NCBI GenBank assembly: GCA_963720465.1
Contig: OY970393.1
Location: forward strand, 1,024,001-1,088,000
DNA: 64,000 nt
Origin: Methanobacteriota archaeon
Lineage (GTDB): Archaea; Halobacteriota; Bog-38; Methanoflorentales; Methanoflorentaceae
Direction of reading: 5' to 3'
Of the stretch, positions 43,576 to 54,318 are shown piece by piece; the stretch's first letter is position 1; every line of letters begins with the position of its first letter. A program made the translations under genes and the position numbers. Below the pieces are notes generated by a model. It was not told the DNA's origin and made no database searches. It worked only from the letters and a program-made list of their open reading frames with translations.

Positions 43576-44646
43576 TCAGGTTGTGGACACAAATTCGTTG
43601 ATGGCACCGAGAAGCATTGCATTTTGCCACGGCTGGCCGACGGTAATTCGAATGTGGGTATTGGAGCATCCACGAAACGTCTCGCAGCTTCGAACGATTA
43701 TGCCTTTACTTAGCAGGTATTCCGATACTTCGCGCGAAGTGTGTGGCGCGGTGTCAACGAAGACAAAGTTTGCTTCCGTAGAGTACGTCTTGAAGGGGAG
43801 CTTGTCGTGTAGGTACTTCCGTCCATGCGCTACCATCGACACGGTCTTTTCCAGAAAATCGCGATCTGAAAGTGCTGCAATACCCCCCTTGACAGCCAAT
43901 TGATTCACGGGAAAGGGAAGCATGCGTCTCTCGTACAAACGTGCTAGCCCCTCTGCAACCACCGCATAGCCGAGGCGCAGCCCGGCCAATCCAAAAGCTT
44001 TTGAAAAGGTTCTAGAGACCATCAGGTTATCAAAGTGATGTACGAGCTCAATGTGGCTTTGCGATGCAAATTCAGCGTAGGCTTCGTCCAGCACGACTAG
44101 CGCTTCTGTCGATCGTAGCAAGCGCCTCAGCGCTTCTTTCTTGATTGCGTTTCCTGTCGGATTATTGGGAGCGCAGATGAAGATTAGCTTGGTTCTGTTG
44201 GTGATTGCCTCGATTACACCCTCGACGTCGATTGAAAAATCGTCCGAACGCTGGACGTAGACGCACGCGCCGTGTCCCGCCTCCACGATTATTTCGTAGT
44301 ACGAGTAAGTGGGGATAGGAATAATCGCCTGATCACCGGGCACTACGATGTAGCGCACCAAGGTGTTGAGGAGATCGTCTGATCCGTTGCCGACAATGAC
44401 GCGCTCCGCTGAAACTCCGGTGTAGCGCGCGATGGCGTCCTTGAGCTCGACGTACCCAGGAGGGGGATAGACGCTTATTTCGTCGATGTGATGTTTAATC
44501 GCTTCAACTGCTTGTGGGCTCGGTCCCAAGGCGTTTTCGTTTGATCCGAGTTTGATCACCTGATCAGGACTGATGCCATAAGCTTGCGCTACGTCTTCGG
44601 CAGACTTACCTGGAATATACGTTGATGGCACGTTCAACCACTGCAA
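43576..44646 (-). CDS. hisC: Histidinol-phosphate aminotransferase
   Basis: KLGSNEN, GNGSDD, PNNPTG, DEAY and RTFSKAFGLAGLRLG. Confidence 0.93.
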   Translation of the reverse strand: MQWLNVPSTYIPGKSAEDVAQAYGISPDQVIKLGSNENALGPSPQAVEAIKHHIDEISVYPPPGYVELKDAIARYTGVSAERVIVGNGSDDLLNTLVRYIVVPGDQAIIPIPTYSYYEIIVEAGHGACVYVQRSDDFSIDVEGVIEAITNRTKLIFICAPNNPTGNAIKKEALRRLLRSTEALVVLDEAYAEFASQSHIELVHHFDNLMVSRTFSKAFGLAGLRLGYAVVAEGLARLYERRMLPFPVNQLAVKGGIAALSDRDFLEKTVSMVAHGRKYLHDKLPFKTYSTEANFVFVDTAPHTSREVSEYLLSKGIIVRSCETFRGCSNTHIRITVGQPWQNAMLLGAINEFVSTT

Positions 44647-45790
44647 TAGCCGTTGTAATTTGCTCTTTTGTGATCACCAGAGGGGGCACGAACCTTAACA
44701 CTTTTTCTGATGTGTTATTCAGCAGTACGCCGTTCACTCGGGCATAGTCGACGATAGGAGGTACCGGAAGCGACGACTCATAGGCGACCATAAGTCCTTT
44801 ACCTCGTATATCAACAGTATAGGTCGATTCGAGCTCACCTAGCAGTTTTTTGAGCAACTCGCCCTTATATCGTGACTGCTCGACGAGAGATTCGCTTTCG
44901 ATCACGTCGATCGTAGCCAGAGCCGCAGCGCACGCAAGTGGATTACCACTCTGCGTCCCCCCGTGATCGCCTGGAGCGAACTTGTATGGCTCACGTGACA
45001 TCATAGCGCCAACGGGAAAACCGCCACCCATACCCTTAGCCAAGGTCATCACGTCCGGAACGACGCCAGCATGCTCGCACGCGAACCATTTTCCTGTCCT
45101 CCCGAAGCCGGTTTGCACCTCGTCCGCGATCATTAGTATACCCCGGTCTGTGCAGAGCTCGCGGACCCCTGCGAGGTATTCGTCTGGAGGCACGATAACC
45201 CCACCTTCTCCTTGAATCGGTTCCACGATGACAGCAGCGGTATCCGCCGTGACCGCTCGGGCGATTGCGTTCACGTCTCCATAATCGACAAAGGTGACCC
45301 CATCAATAAGGGGCTCAAACGGTTTTCGGATTGCCTCTTTCCACGTTACGCTGAGTGAGCCCATAGTGCGTCCGTGGAATGCGTTTTTAGTCGAAATGAA
45401 GCCTTTCTTACCGGTTACCTTCCTCACGAGCTTCATCGCGGCTTCGTTTGATTCAGCTCCGGAGTTCGTAAGGTAGAGGCGCTCCATCCCCGTCAGCTTT
45501 GCCATGCGCTCGGCTAAGCGCGCTTGGAGTTCGGTATAGTATAAATTTGAGGTGTGGATGAGCTTCTCTGCTTGCACCTTCATGGCGCTGACCAAGCGCG
45601 GATGGCAGTGTCCGATACTATTGACGGCGATTCCTGCGACGCAGTCTATATAGTCATTACCGTCGGTATCTGTAACGATCGCGCCTGTGCCGCGTTCAAT
45701 CACTAGCGGTTGACGCGAGAACACCGGCATATAGTGCTGCGATTCTTGGGCTACTACCTTTTCTTTTTCGGGTACGCGCATTTCTTTCAC
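44606..45790 (-). CDS. argD: Acetylornithine aminotransferase
   Basis: [33 protein letters not shown] and HGGT. Confidence 0.92.
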   Translation of the reverse strand: MKEMRVPEKEKVVAQESQHYMPVFSRQPLVIERGTGAIVTDTDGNDYIDCVAGIAVNSIGHCHPRLVSAMKVQAEKLIHTSNLYYTELQARLAERMAKLTGMERLYLTNSGAESNEAAMKLVRKVTGKKGFISTKNAFHGRTMGSLSVTWKEAIRKPFEPLIDGVTFVDYGDVNAIARAVTADTAAVIVEPIQGEGGVIVPPDEYLAGVRELCTDRGILMIADEVQTGFGRTGKWFACEHAGVVPDVMTLAKGMGGGFPVGAMMSREPYKFAPGDHGGTQSGNPLACAAALATIDVIESESLVEQSRYKGELLKKLLGELESTYTVDIRGKGLMVAYESSLPVPPIVDYARVNGVLLNNTSEKVLRFVPPLVITKEQITTAIAVVERAINVYSR

Positions 45791-45864
45791 GTCCTATAGT
45801 TCCGCGTAAGTCCTTGCCTCGTGCACTTTAGAGAGACCATTCTTCCGCACGCGACGTCGCGCAT

Positions 45865-46779
45865 CTATTCAAATTCGATGGTGGCAGGCGGCTTCGGCGT
45901 AATGTCGTAGACCACGCGCGCGACGTCCGGGATTTCGCTCGTGATACGCGAAGCAATTCTACGAAGTACGTCATAAGACATTTCAAGCACGTCGGCAGTC
46001 ATGCCGTCTCGCGACTGCACAGCACGCACTGCGATTATCCAGCCGTGCAAACGCACGTCGCCCTTTACACCGGTTCCTTTCTCTAAAAGCGCCGCGAAAG
46101 TCTGCCACGGTTTGTACCTCAAGACCTCTTGCTCGACAATTGCGTTCGCCTCGCGGATAACGTGGACTTTTTCCTCGGTCACCTCGCCGATAATGCGCAC
46201 CGCGAGCCCAGGTCCCGGAAACGGCATGCGCTCACTGAGCTCAGGTGGCAACTCAAGGGCCCGCGCGATTTCGCGGACTTCGTCCTTGTACAGGTACCTA
46301 AGGGGCTCAACGACCCCGTTGAACGCAATCTCCGAAGGGAGGCCGCCGACGTTGTGGTGCGACTTGATCTGCCCCTCAGATTCGATAATGTCTGGATAGA
46401 TCGTACCTTGTACCAAGTAATCTACTTGGTTCCGCCTCGCCACTTCCTCGAATATGCGGATAAATATCTCGCCTGTTATTTTTCGCTTCTCTTCGGGATC
46501 CGCAACTCCGCCGAGCGCATTAATAAATCGTGCCTTTGCATCGATTATCGTCAACGGCATGTGACGAAAAGCCCTCTTGATGTTTTCAGTTTCACCCTTG
46601 CGCATCAGTCCTGTGTCCACGTACACAGGATACAGGTTAGCCCCCAGCGCCTGGTACGCAAGCGCTGCGCAAACTGAACTATCGACGCCGCCAGAGAGAG
46701 CGATGATCGCTCGATGATTCCCCACGTCTCTCTTGATCTCTGCGATTGCTCCCTCAATAAATTCCTGACTATTTACCAT
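45865..46779 (-). CDS. guaAB: GMP synthase subunit B (ATPPase)
   Basis: [23 protein letters not shown] and KPPATIEFE. Confidence 0.95.
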   Translation of the reverse strand: MVNSQEFIEGAIAEIKRDVGNHRAIIALSGGVDSSVCAALAYQALGANLYPVYVDTGLMRKGETENIKRAFRHMPLTIIDAKARFINALGGVADPEEKRKITGEIFIRIFEEVARRNQVDYLVQGTIYPDIIESEGQIKSHHNVGGLPSEIAFNGVVEPLRYLYKDEVREIARALELPPELSERMPFPGPGLAVRIIGEVTEEKVHVIREANAIVEQEVLRYKPWQTFAALLEKGTGVKGDVRLHGWIIAVRAVQSRDGMTADVLEMSYDVLRRIASRITSEIPDVARVVYDITPKPPATIEFE

Positions 46780-46829
46780 AAGCCCAATCGTTTCTTCTGT
46801 TCAACGTTCAGCTGCGCTGTCATGTGTGA

Positions 46830-48389
46830 TCATGTGCTCGTGTTCATGCGGAGTACTGATCGCACAAATTCAAGAAACGGCGGTGACGGCCTGCCCGGCC
46901 GTGACTTAAACTCCGGGTGGAACTGCGTCCCCAAGAAGAATCTCTTCGTCGGAATCTCTGCAATCTCCATTCGGACGCCGTCTCGAGCTTTCCCTGAAAA
47001 CACCATTCCGTTTTGCTCAATGCGCTCGATGTACTCTGGATTCACTTCGAACCGATGTCTGTGCCGCTCGGTCACGAGCGCACGTTTGTACATCGCATGC
47101 GCGCGCGTCCCAGGCGAGAGAACGATTTCGTAGTTGCCCAGTCGCATGGCGCCCCCCATGTGATCGACGTCAAGTTGTTCGGGCAGTACATCGATGACGT
47201 GGACGCCGGTGGGATCCAGCTCAGCGCTCGTTGCGTCGAGCCCCAAAACGTTACGACAAAACTCGACGATGGCCAATTGGAAGCCAAAACAGATTCCTAA
47301 GAAGGGGATGTCATTCTCGCGCGCGAAACGAATAGCATCGATCTTCCCCTCACTTCCTCGAGGGCCAAACCCGTGTGCGACCAAAATACCATGCACCGCC
47401 GTCAGCGTCTCCAGCGCGTGCGGGTCTTCTGCATCAACGAGCTTGACGTCAATGCCTCCTCCGAGAGCGCTTGCAGCGTGCTTGATGGCCTCTTTGATGC
47501 TGAAGTACGCATCTTCAAACATATATTTGCCGACGATGGCAATTGATCGCGAAATAGGCGGGTTTTTCATCACATCCCAGGGGCTAGCAGCTTTCCTTTC
47601 AAGGGCGAGTTTCTCCACGAGGTAGTCGCCTAAGCCCTCAAGCTCAAGCAGCGAAGGCACCTGGTAGATGTCAGGCACGTCATACGCACTGATTACCGCG
47701 TTTAGTGGCACATCGCAGAAGAGCGAGATCTTGGCGCGAGCGTCTTTGCCCAGCGGTGTTTTACCTCGGCCAACTATCACGTCAGGACTGAGTCCAAGCT
47801 CTCTTAGGCTCTTTACCGAGTGCTGGGTCGGCTTCGTTTTGTGATCGCCGGTCATATCCTCCGGCACGAGCGTTACGTGGAGCAGGACGAAGTAATCTTC
47901 TTCGCCGTGCATTTGTCGCACGGCTTCCAAGAATGGCATGCTCTCGATGTCGCCGACGGTACCACCCACCTCCACGACGCATACATCAGCCTTGGCCTGG
48001 TCGGCCACGGTCCTGATGCTGTTCTTTATTTCATCAGTTATGTGAGGAATAATCTGAACGGTCTTTCCCAAATAGTCCCCTCGCCGCTCTTTTTCGATGA
48101 CCGACTTATAGATCTTACCTGTGGTAATATTGTGATCACCTGTGAGTTCAACGTCGAGGAACCGTTCGTAGTTTCCCAGATCGAGATCAACTTCAGCTCC
48201 GTCTTTGAGGACGAATACCTCTCCGTGTTGGAAGGGATTCATAGTTCCGGCGTCGATATTTATGTATGGGTCAATCTTGATCGCCGTTACGTTGTGTCCG
48301 CGGTTGATCAGAAGTCTGCCAGCTGAGGCGGCCGTGATGCCCTTACCGAGGCCACTCATGACCCCGCCAGTGACGACAACATATCGCAT
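46830..48389 (-). CDS. pyrG: CTP synthase
   Basis: [28 protein letters not shown] and QFHPE. Confidence 0.96.
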   Translation of the reverse strand: MRYVVVTGGVMSGLGKGITAASAGRLLINRGHNVTAIKIDPYINIDAGTMNPFQHGEVFVLKDGAEVDLDLGNYERFLDVELTGDHNITTGKIYKSVIEKERRGDYLGKTVQIIPHITDEIKNSIRTVADQAKADVCVVEVGGTVGDIESMPFLEAVRQMHGEEDYFVLLHVTLVPEDMTGDHKTKPTQHSVKSLRELGLSPDVIVGRGKTPLGKDARAKISLFCDVPLNAVISAYDVPDIYQVPSLLELEGLGDYLVEKLALERKAASPWDVMKNPPISRSIAIVGKYMFEDAYFSIKEAIKHAASALGGGIDVKLVDAEDPHALETLTAVHGILVAHGFGPRGSEGKIDAIRFARENDIPFLGICFGFQLAIVEFCRNVLGLDATSAELDPTGVHVIDVLPEQLDVDHMGGAMRLGNYEIVLSPGTRAHAMYKRALVTERHRHRFEVNPEYIERIEQNGMVFSGKARDGVRMEIAEIPTKRFFLGTQFHPEFKSRPGRPSPPFLEFVRSVLRMNTST

Positions 48390-48569
48390 CCTTCTAGTCC
48401 TCCACAATGCCATTAATGATGTTATCGTTATAATACGCTGCCAAAAAGCTATTTATACTCTAGACTAAGGCGCAGCCTGATTTCAGAATTCTCTTCCCGA
48501 CACAGCAAATAACATAATAACAGCGCGCCCATTGGGGGCGCAGCGTAATGTGGCCTCCGTTTGCGCCTT

Positions 48570-49202
48570 TCAGTCTAATAATCTCCACGTGTAATACGCC
48601 AAAACAACCACGACGATAAAGCCAAGGATCGCCACGCCGTAGCTGATGCCGCCTGCGGCTAACAATATCAGCGCAATGATCACGCCAATCGCAAGGAGAA
48701 TGTAGGGAAGATTCCTCATTCTTCTGATTCTCATTGCGTCTACGCGAAGATGCGGCAACTGAAGCTGCATTGAAGGTCGCAAAACCCTAGCAGGTCGCGC
48801 GTTGCTCCGATAATCCATGCGCGAGAGGGCCTCATCGACCTCAATAGCATCAGGTGGCGGCTCGTTTTCGAGTTGTCCGATTTGCAGAATGAAGCTCTCC
48901 TCCCGTGAACCGTACCCTGTTGAGATGCTTACCTGGCCCTCATAAAGCTCCTGCTGACCAGGGGGATTTGCGACGGTGATGGTAAGCAGTTCTTCGCCAT
49001 CAACGTACGGGTTATTGCGGTTGAAAGTTACTTTGTCTTTGATCGCGCCACGCGATGAGAGGTAAATATGGGTCGGAGCTTCGTAATTGACCACATCGAT
49101 ATCGAGAGTCGCCTTGCCGCCTGGCCTGAGCGGAAGCCGAATTAGGGGTTCCTCGATTTCGATAGATTGCTGCCCCTTCCGGTTTAGGTACACGCTCTGC
49201 AT
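48570..49202 (-). CDS. Conserved archaeal hypothetical protein with two C-terminal TM helices
   Basis: Beta-rich N-terminal domain (VYLNR..., ISTGYGS) and hydrophobic C-terminus; lies in the purA-trm112 gene run. Confidence 0.7.
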   Translation of the reverse strand: MQSVYLNRKGQQSIEIEEPLIRLPLRPGGKATLDIDVVNYEAPTHIYLSSRGAIKDKVTFNRNNPYVDGEELLTITVANPPGQQELYEGQVSISTGYGSREESFILQIGQLENEPPPDAIEVDEALSRMDYRSNARPARVLRPSMQLQLPHLRVDAMRIRRMRNLPYILLAIGVIIALILLAAGGISYGVAILGFIVVVVLAYYTWRLLD

Positions 49203-49205
49203 AAT

Positions 49206-49385
49206 CTACCTCATCTCAGGCGGAAGCAAGTTGGGGATTCGCTCGTCTATTGGATAGTACACACTGCAAGCCTTACAATAGAGCGTGCCTTTAATAATCT
49301 CTCCCACCTCTTCGCTCTCGACCTCGAGGACGAGCGGGCCTTTGCAGACAGGACAGCACAATATTTTCAGTAACTCCCGTTTCAT
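49206..49385 (-). CDS. trm112: Trm112 methyltransferase activator (59 aa, absent from the ORF track)
   Basis: Translated by hand: MKRELLKILCCPVCKGPLVLEVESEEVGEIIKGTLYCKACSVYYPIDERIPNLLPPEMR*. Confidence 0.92.
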   Translation of the reverse strand: MKRELLKILCCPVCKGPLVLEVESEEVGEIIKGTLYCKACSVYYPIDERIPNLLPPEMR

Positions 49386-49415
49386 GTCAATCGCTTATTC
49401 GGGCGCCGCCCATAA

Positions 49416-50438
49416 TCATGCGCGTTCGAGTTTCTCCTCTCTTAAATCAACTATTTCTTTTAGCTCTGGCCCAGTCGAAAGCAGTGTAAACGGAACGCCC
49501 ACTGCCGTTTCAGCTTCGTGCAGGAACGTCTTCACTTTTGTGGACAACTCATCGTACTGGTTCGCTCCCTTAACGGATGGATCAAGCTTGTCCAGCCCGG
49601 TTATCGCCACCTGCGTAGCGCCGTTTATCATAGCAGAGTATTTCGCCATGGTGGGGTCCCACCAGCCGATGCGCCGTTGCCGGCCGGTAACGGTACCAAA
49701 TTCCTCAATGTCTAACTTTTTTGCCTCGTCCTCGCTCATTTGTGTTTCAAAGGGCCCCGCTCCGACGCGTGTCGGAAATGTCTTGAAGACCACGATTGTC
49801 TCGGTTATACGCGTCGGTCCGACGCCGACATCGGCAGCAATTTGAGAGGCTGTCGTATCTTTTGATGTTACATAGGGAAACGTCCCGTAGAAAAGAGAGA
49901 TTCCAAATCCCTGCGAACCCTCTAAAATCACATTTTTCGCCGCCTCAAGCGCCTCGTTTACTTCAGCCGCAGCATCCGTCAAAAAAGGCGAGAGTTCAGC
50001 TATCTCTCGTGCTTGTGCCGTTGTCCTTTTTGCTCGATCAGCTGCGGCCGGGCCACAGCCAGTTCCGGTTGACCCAATCGTTTGTGAAAGGTACGGATCC
50101 TGCTTATCTGTTTCGATGTGTTTTGTTTCGATTATCGCGCAGCGATAATCCACACCAACTCGATCTGTCACCTTGAGCGCTCCCGCTTCGCTAAGGAGCA
50201 CGCGTGGATCAACCAGCACGCCTGCGCCGATGAGCAGTCGCGCGTCCGGATAAACGAAGCCGGAGGGTATCATGCGCACGCCGAACTTTCGTCCACCTAC
50301 CTCGATTGTGTGCCCTGCATTGGGGCCAACTCCGCCGCGGGCAATAATCGCGGGCTTGTCAGCAAACGCGACGTGCGCGACGATCTTACCTTTTCCTTCG
50401 TCTCCAAAGAACCCGCCGACGATTATGGTGGACACCAT
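49416..50438 (-). CDS. purA: Adenylosuccinate synthetase (short archaeal form)
   Basis: GDEGKGK, GPNAGHT, EGSQG and GTVTGRQRR. Confidence 0.96.
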   Translation of the reverse strand: MVSTIIVGGFFGDEGKGKIVAHVAFADKPAIIARGGVGPNAGHTIEVGGRKFGVRMIPSGFVYPDARLLIGAGVLVDPRVLLSEAGALKVTDRVGVDYRCAIIETKHIETDKQDPYLSQTIGSTGTGCGPAAADRAKRTTAQAREIAELSPFLTDAAAEVNEALEAAKNVILEGSQGFGISLFYGTFPYVTSKDTTASQIAADVGVGPTRITETIVVFKTFPTRVGAGPFETQMSEDEAKKLDIEEFGTVTGRQRRIGWWDPTMAKYSAMINGATQVAITGLDKLDPSVKGANQYDELSTKVKTFLHEAETAVGVPFTLLSTGPELKEIVDLREEKLERA

Positions 50439-50644
50439 GCCCAGCACCTCAAATCGATAAAAGGACGTCTATTCGCTTGCTATCGCGCTGTAAATATCTC
50501 AGACATCACAGGTATGCTGTCAACAGTATTGGCTCGCAATATAAAAAAACATGCTTTTGCGCCCGACTTCCTCGCATTGATTCGCAAATGCGCAGCGAAG
50601 CACTAATAACGGAGCATTTCATATTGATTGTAGCAGGTAACAAC

Positions 50645-51871
50645 ATGAAAGCTGATGCTGTTCAAATTGCAGATAACGTCTACTGGGTAGGCGTATTGGA
50701 CTGGGACATACGAGCATATCACGGCTATACGCTGCACGGCACGACGTACAACGCGTATCTCGTCTTCGGTGAGGATCGCACGGCTCTTATAGACAACACG
50801 TACCCAGGCACATCAGCGCAGATGTGGGCACGGATTCGAGATGCGTGCGAAAAGGAGGGGCGACCACTCTCGCTCGACGTGGTCATTCAGAACCATATCG
50901 AGCTCGATCATAGCGGGGCGTTGACCGAGATTCACCGCAAGTTTCCCACCGCGCCCATTTACTGCACCCAAACTGCCGCTAATGGACTGAAAAGGCTTTA
51001 CCCGGCACTCGACCAGATCGAGTTCACGACCGTCAAGACCGGCAGTGAGATTGCGCTCGGCGCGAAAACGTGTACCTTCCTCGAGGCGCCGCTGCTGCAT
51101 TGGCCGGACAGCATGTTCACCTTTCTGAACGAGGACGGCATACTATTTTCAAACGACGCTTTTGGCCAGCACCTCTGCTTGGCGCGACGATACGACTCCG
51201 ACGTCCCAGAATACGTGCTTATGCGAGCCGCACAAAAGTTTTACGCCAATCTCATCACGCCGCTGTCCCAGCTTGTGCTCAAAAAACTCGACGAAGTCGC
51301 TACTCTCGGGTTACTCGAAAAAATACGGATGATAGCCCCTGCTCACGGGCAAATCTGGACCGACCCAAACAAGATTATCAAAGCTTATGCGGCCTGGGCA
51401 ACTGGAACGTCAAAGAGCAAGGCCACGATCGTTTACGACACGATGCATTACTCCACACAAAAGGTGGCCCACGCCCTCGCCGAGGGGCTAATCGCCGGCG
51501 GCGTCGACGTCGCGATGTATTTCCTGCACGCTGACGAGAGAAGCGAGATTGTAACGGATATCCTGGATAGTAAACTCGTCCTATTTGGCGTTCCGACGAT
51601 GCACAACGAACCCTTCCCGAGCATTGGGGACCTGGTCTACTATCTTAAAGGGCTCAGGTTTGACAAAACGGGAGAAAAAAAGCTCGCAATTACCTTCGGC
51701 TCTATGGGGTGGCGAGGCGGCGCTTCCAAGAAGCTTGCTGACGCCGTCGCTGCGTGCGGATTTGAAGTGGTCCAGGACTTAGAAGTGTATTACGTGCCTT
51801 CAGAAAACGAGCTGGTCCAATACTATGAGATAGGTAAACAACTCGCTTCTCGGATAGTGATGGGCGCCTAA
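50645..51871 (+). CDS. fprA: Flavodiiron protein FprA (F420H2 oxidase-like)
   Basis: [35 protein letters not shown] and flavodoxin domain; start refined to 50645. Confidence 0.93.
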   Translation: MKADAVQIADNVYWVGVLDWDIRAYHGYTLHGTTYNAYLVFGEDRTALIDNTYPGTSAQMWARIRDACEKEGRPLSLDVVIQNHIELDHSGALTEIHRKFPTAPIYCTQTAANGLKRLYPALDQIEFTTVKTGSEIALGAKTCTFLEAPLLHWPDSMFTFLNEDGILFSNDAFGQHLCLARRYDSDVPEYVLMRAAQKFYANLITPLSQLVLKKLDEVATLGLLEKIRMIAPAHGQIWTDPNKIIKAYAAWATGTSKSKATIVYDTMHYSTQKVAHALAEGLIAGGVDVAMYFLHADERSEIVTDILDSKLVLFGVPTMHNEPFPSIGDLVYYLKGLRFDKTGEKKLAITFGSMGWRGGASKKLADAVAACGFEVVQDLEVYYVPSENELVQYYEIGKQLASRIVMGA

Positions 51872-52019
51872 GCTCTTGACGCCCAAAACTGACCAGCCGA
51901 GCCAACTAATTGAACCGCCGACCCGGCTCCGAGACACGCAGACGCGCATGGATACTTTGTGTGAGATTCTGTCCGAAAGTCCAGCACAAATCTCCAGCAA
52001 ATTCAACGCGCTGCGATGA

Positions 52020-52274
52020 ATCCAAGTTCTAGACCTCAGCTTATGCTTTGAAACTGCTTTCAACGGGCGAATTGAACAACGCATCGTCTTCATCAATGCT
52101 GTTGGCTTTACCATGTTCATCGCGTTCAACATTGTTTTTATGGTGTCGCTAGGAAGCGTCGGGTGGGCCACGATGGCGCTTAGCTGGGGACTTCTGAGCG
52201 TGCTCATTTTTGGTATGGTAGGGACTGAGGGATGGATTTCGCAAAAAGCGCACTTTTTAGCTAGGAATAAATAA
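52020..52274 (+). pseudogene. Hydrophobic gene fragment, possibly the C-terminus of a Wzx-type flippase or a small membrane protein
   Basis: Open frame ...RIVFINAVGFTMFIAFNIVFMVSLGSVGWATMALSWGLLSVLIFGMVG...* preceded by an in-frame TGA at 52017. Confidence 0.3.
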
Positions 52275-52319
52275 TAAGAGAGCTTTGATTGCAGCAGCGA
52301 CGCAAAATGGTCTAATCGC

Positions 52320-52940
52320 ATGAGATGGCGAAGTTCGACGAAGGTCGTAGGCGTACTTTATGAGGAGCGCGAAAACGCTGAACTTGAGTTACTAGGCGGA
52401 TCACAGATTACGGGTATCACCTATCTTAAAAAAGAATCAGACGACGTCAAGCTCGTAAGCGCTTCAAAATTCGACGTGAATATCCTGCGCGACACGACGG
52501 CTACCGGCGTGCTCTATCGAGATCAAACGGCAGCCGACGTGCAACTGTTGGCGGGGTCAAAGATCGTCGGCGTGCTGTATGAGGAGACGAGCGTGCCCGG
52601 GCTCAAGCTCTTGCGCGTAGCGCATACGGCGCTGAAACTCGTCAGCGGACAAGCGGTCAAGGGCCTCCTTTATCAGCAGCAAGGTGGGCCTGATGTCAAG
52701 CTTTTGAGCGACGTGAGCGATCTTTCGACGGCAGCCGGGGCACTATTGACCGGCGTGCTTCACCAAGAAAGCCAGATGGGCGCTCTGCGTCTAGTCAGCG
52801 GACAAGCGGTCAAGGGCCTCCTTTATCAGCAGCAAGGTGGGCCTGATGTCAAGCTTTTGAGCGACGTGAGCGATCTTTCGACGGCAGCCGGGGGACAGCT
52901 TGTAGGTTTTCTTTATCGTAATGAGGCCCTGAACCAATGA
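52320..52940 (+). CDS. Unrecognised 8-repeat beta protein, soluble (paralog A)
   Basis: Eight copies of a (K/Q)(I/V)xG(V/I/L)(L/T)Y...KLL repeat; no TM segment or signal peptide. Confidence 0.75.
   Translation: MRWRSSTKVVGVLYEERENAELELLGGSQITGITYLKKESDDVKLVSASKFDVNILRDTTATGVLYRDQTAADVQLLAGSKIVGVLYEETSVPGLKLLRVAHTALKLVSGQAVKGLLYQQQGGPDVKLLSDVSDLSTAAGALLTGVLHQESQMGALRLVSGQAVKGLLYQQQGGPDVKLLSDVSDLSTAAGGQLVGFLYRNEALNQ
52641..52893 (+). repeat. Exact 100-bp direct repeat (52641-52740 and 52794-52893), in frame, 153 bp apart
   Basis: GTCAGCGGACAAGCGGTCAAGGGCC...TCGACGGCAGCCGGGG occurs twice identically. Confidence 0.95.
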
Positions 52941-53815
52941 AACTTCCAGAAGATTCGTCTGTAATCACCGGAGTCCTCTACCAACACAAGGGTTCGACGG
53001 ATACACAGCTCTTAGGCGGGCTTGCGATTGGCGTCAAGTTGTTCGACGGAGTACCGATCAGCGGTTTCACTTACTGCGAAGAGAACTCAATAGAGGACAA
53101 GCTCGTCAGCGGATCGCGGGTTACGGGGATCGTGTGGCGACACGAGACCAGTGTCGATGACCGAATCCTCAGAAGTGCGAAAATAAAAGGCGTGATATTT
53201 CAGAACAAGGAGCAAGCTCACCGCGACGCAGCGCGCGAATCAGCAAACGTCGATGCCGCGCGAGTGATTCCGCGTTCGCCTCAACAAGGGCTCCTGAACG
53301 GGTCGCAGATTGTTGGAATCATCTGTCGCGACAAGAGCACGGGTGAGGAGCAGCTCACGACTGGAGCAAGAGTCGACATGAAGATTCTTAACGGAGCGTC
53401 CATTGCGGGCATCATATATGAAGGACCAGAGGGAGAGAGTATCAAGCACCTGACCGGATCGAACATCACTGGCCTGCTATTTCAGCAGCAGAACTCCAGC
53501 AGCGAAACACTCGTAGGCGATATGGCCATTTTGGGACTCATCTACCAAGAGAAAGACGCCGTTCTTGCAAGACTTGCAAACAGCTCGCAGAACGCCATCT
53601 CGGTGATCGAGACGGTCATTCTCTACATGCTGCTCATTGTTGGCATTTTGGGTCTGCTGGTTCCGGCAGTGAGTAAGCAAACCGATTTCTCACCCTTGAA
53701 TTTCCTCGCGCTTCCATCTGAAGTCTTGACTGCTCTTTTTGTCCTGATGGTGGTTGTTTCTATTATCGTCCTCGTTTACATGAGATACAAACACTCACGC
53801 ACCATCACGAGCTGA
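52937..53815 (+). CDS. Unrecognised 8-repeat beta protein with C-terminal TM hairpin (paralog B)
   Basis: Eight repeats (VITGVLYQ, PISGFTYC, RVTGIVWR, KIKGVIFQ, QIVGIICR, SIAGIIYE, NITGLLFQ, AILGLIYQ), then two hydrophobic helices; ATGA overlap with the upstream gene. Confidence 0.8.
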   Translation: MKLPEDSSVITGVLYQHKGSTDTQLLGGLAIGVKLFDGVPISGFTYCEENSIEDKLVSGSRVTGIVWRHETSVDDRILRSAKIKGVIFQNKEQAHRDAARESANVDAARVIPRSPQQGLLNGSQIVGIICRDKSTGEEQLTTGARVDMKILNGASIAGIIYEGPEGESIKHLTGSNITGLLFQQQNSSSETLVGDMAILGLIYQEKDAVLARLANSSQNAISVIETVILYMLLIVGILGLLVPAVSKQTDFSPLNFLALPSEVLTALFVLMVVVSIIVLVYMRYKHSRTITS

Positions 53816-53829
53816 GCTGCGGCACCAAC

Positions 53830-54150
53830 CGCGCTTCTTAGCGAGGTTAATAGGGCCCGACTTTTCCGCACGCGCCCCCTCAATCGCGAATCGAACGGGA
53901 GGGTTTCCTCGTCCGCTTGCATTTAATATGTCGTTACGGCGTCAGTCGCGCCGTCAGTTGAGGCCGAATCCACCCCAATCTTCATAGAGATAATTCGGGT
54001 GATCCAGTTAGACTAGGTTGGCTATTTCTTGGCGGTCACCGGCACTTCGTTGAATGTCGGAACAACTGGAGACGAAAGAATGGGAGTCTCGCTCGTCATC
54101 GCGAGTGGTGACGTCTGCTCCGACAAACATGGGGGTACCCGACGACACCG
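53830..54150 (-). pseudogene. Degraded family-2 glycosyltransferase remnant
   Basis: Across frameshifts and stops: VVGYP...FVS/VVPTFNE...KK/IANLV*LDHP...YE/IGVDSASTDGATDAV...RAEKSGPINLA. Confidence 0.65.
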
Positions 54151-54318
54151 GATAGAGGGCTGATATCGCGCTCTGTCACTCACTGCCTGCCCGCCACATA
54201 TACACGGCTGCCCCGATGCAAAGGAGAAACAGACCGATTATCAGGAGTTCTGCTTTAGCATCAGACGGTATGCCGTTTAGTATTTCCAAGAGCATCGTAT
54301 CACAACCTATTACACATG

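Noticed and set aside
51800-52321. 173-aa minus-strand ORF and the many short antisense ORFs in the track
   Set aside because: No motifs; they are shadows of genes or gene remnants on the opposite strand.
52641-52893. Direct repeats as a CRISPR array or IS ends
   Set aside because: Only two 100-bp copies, in frame within a CDS; no cas or transposase genes in the window.
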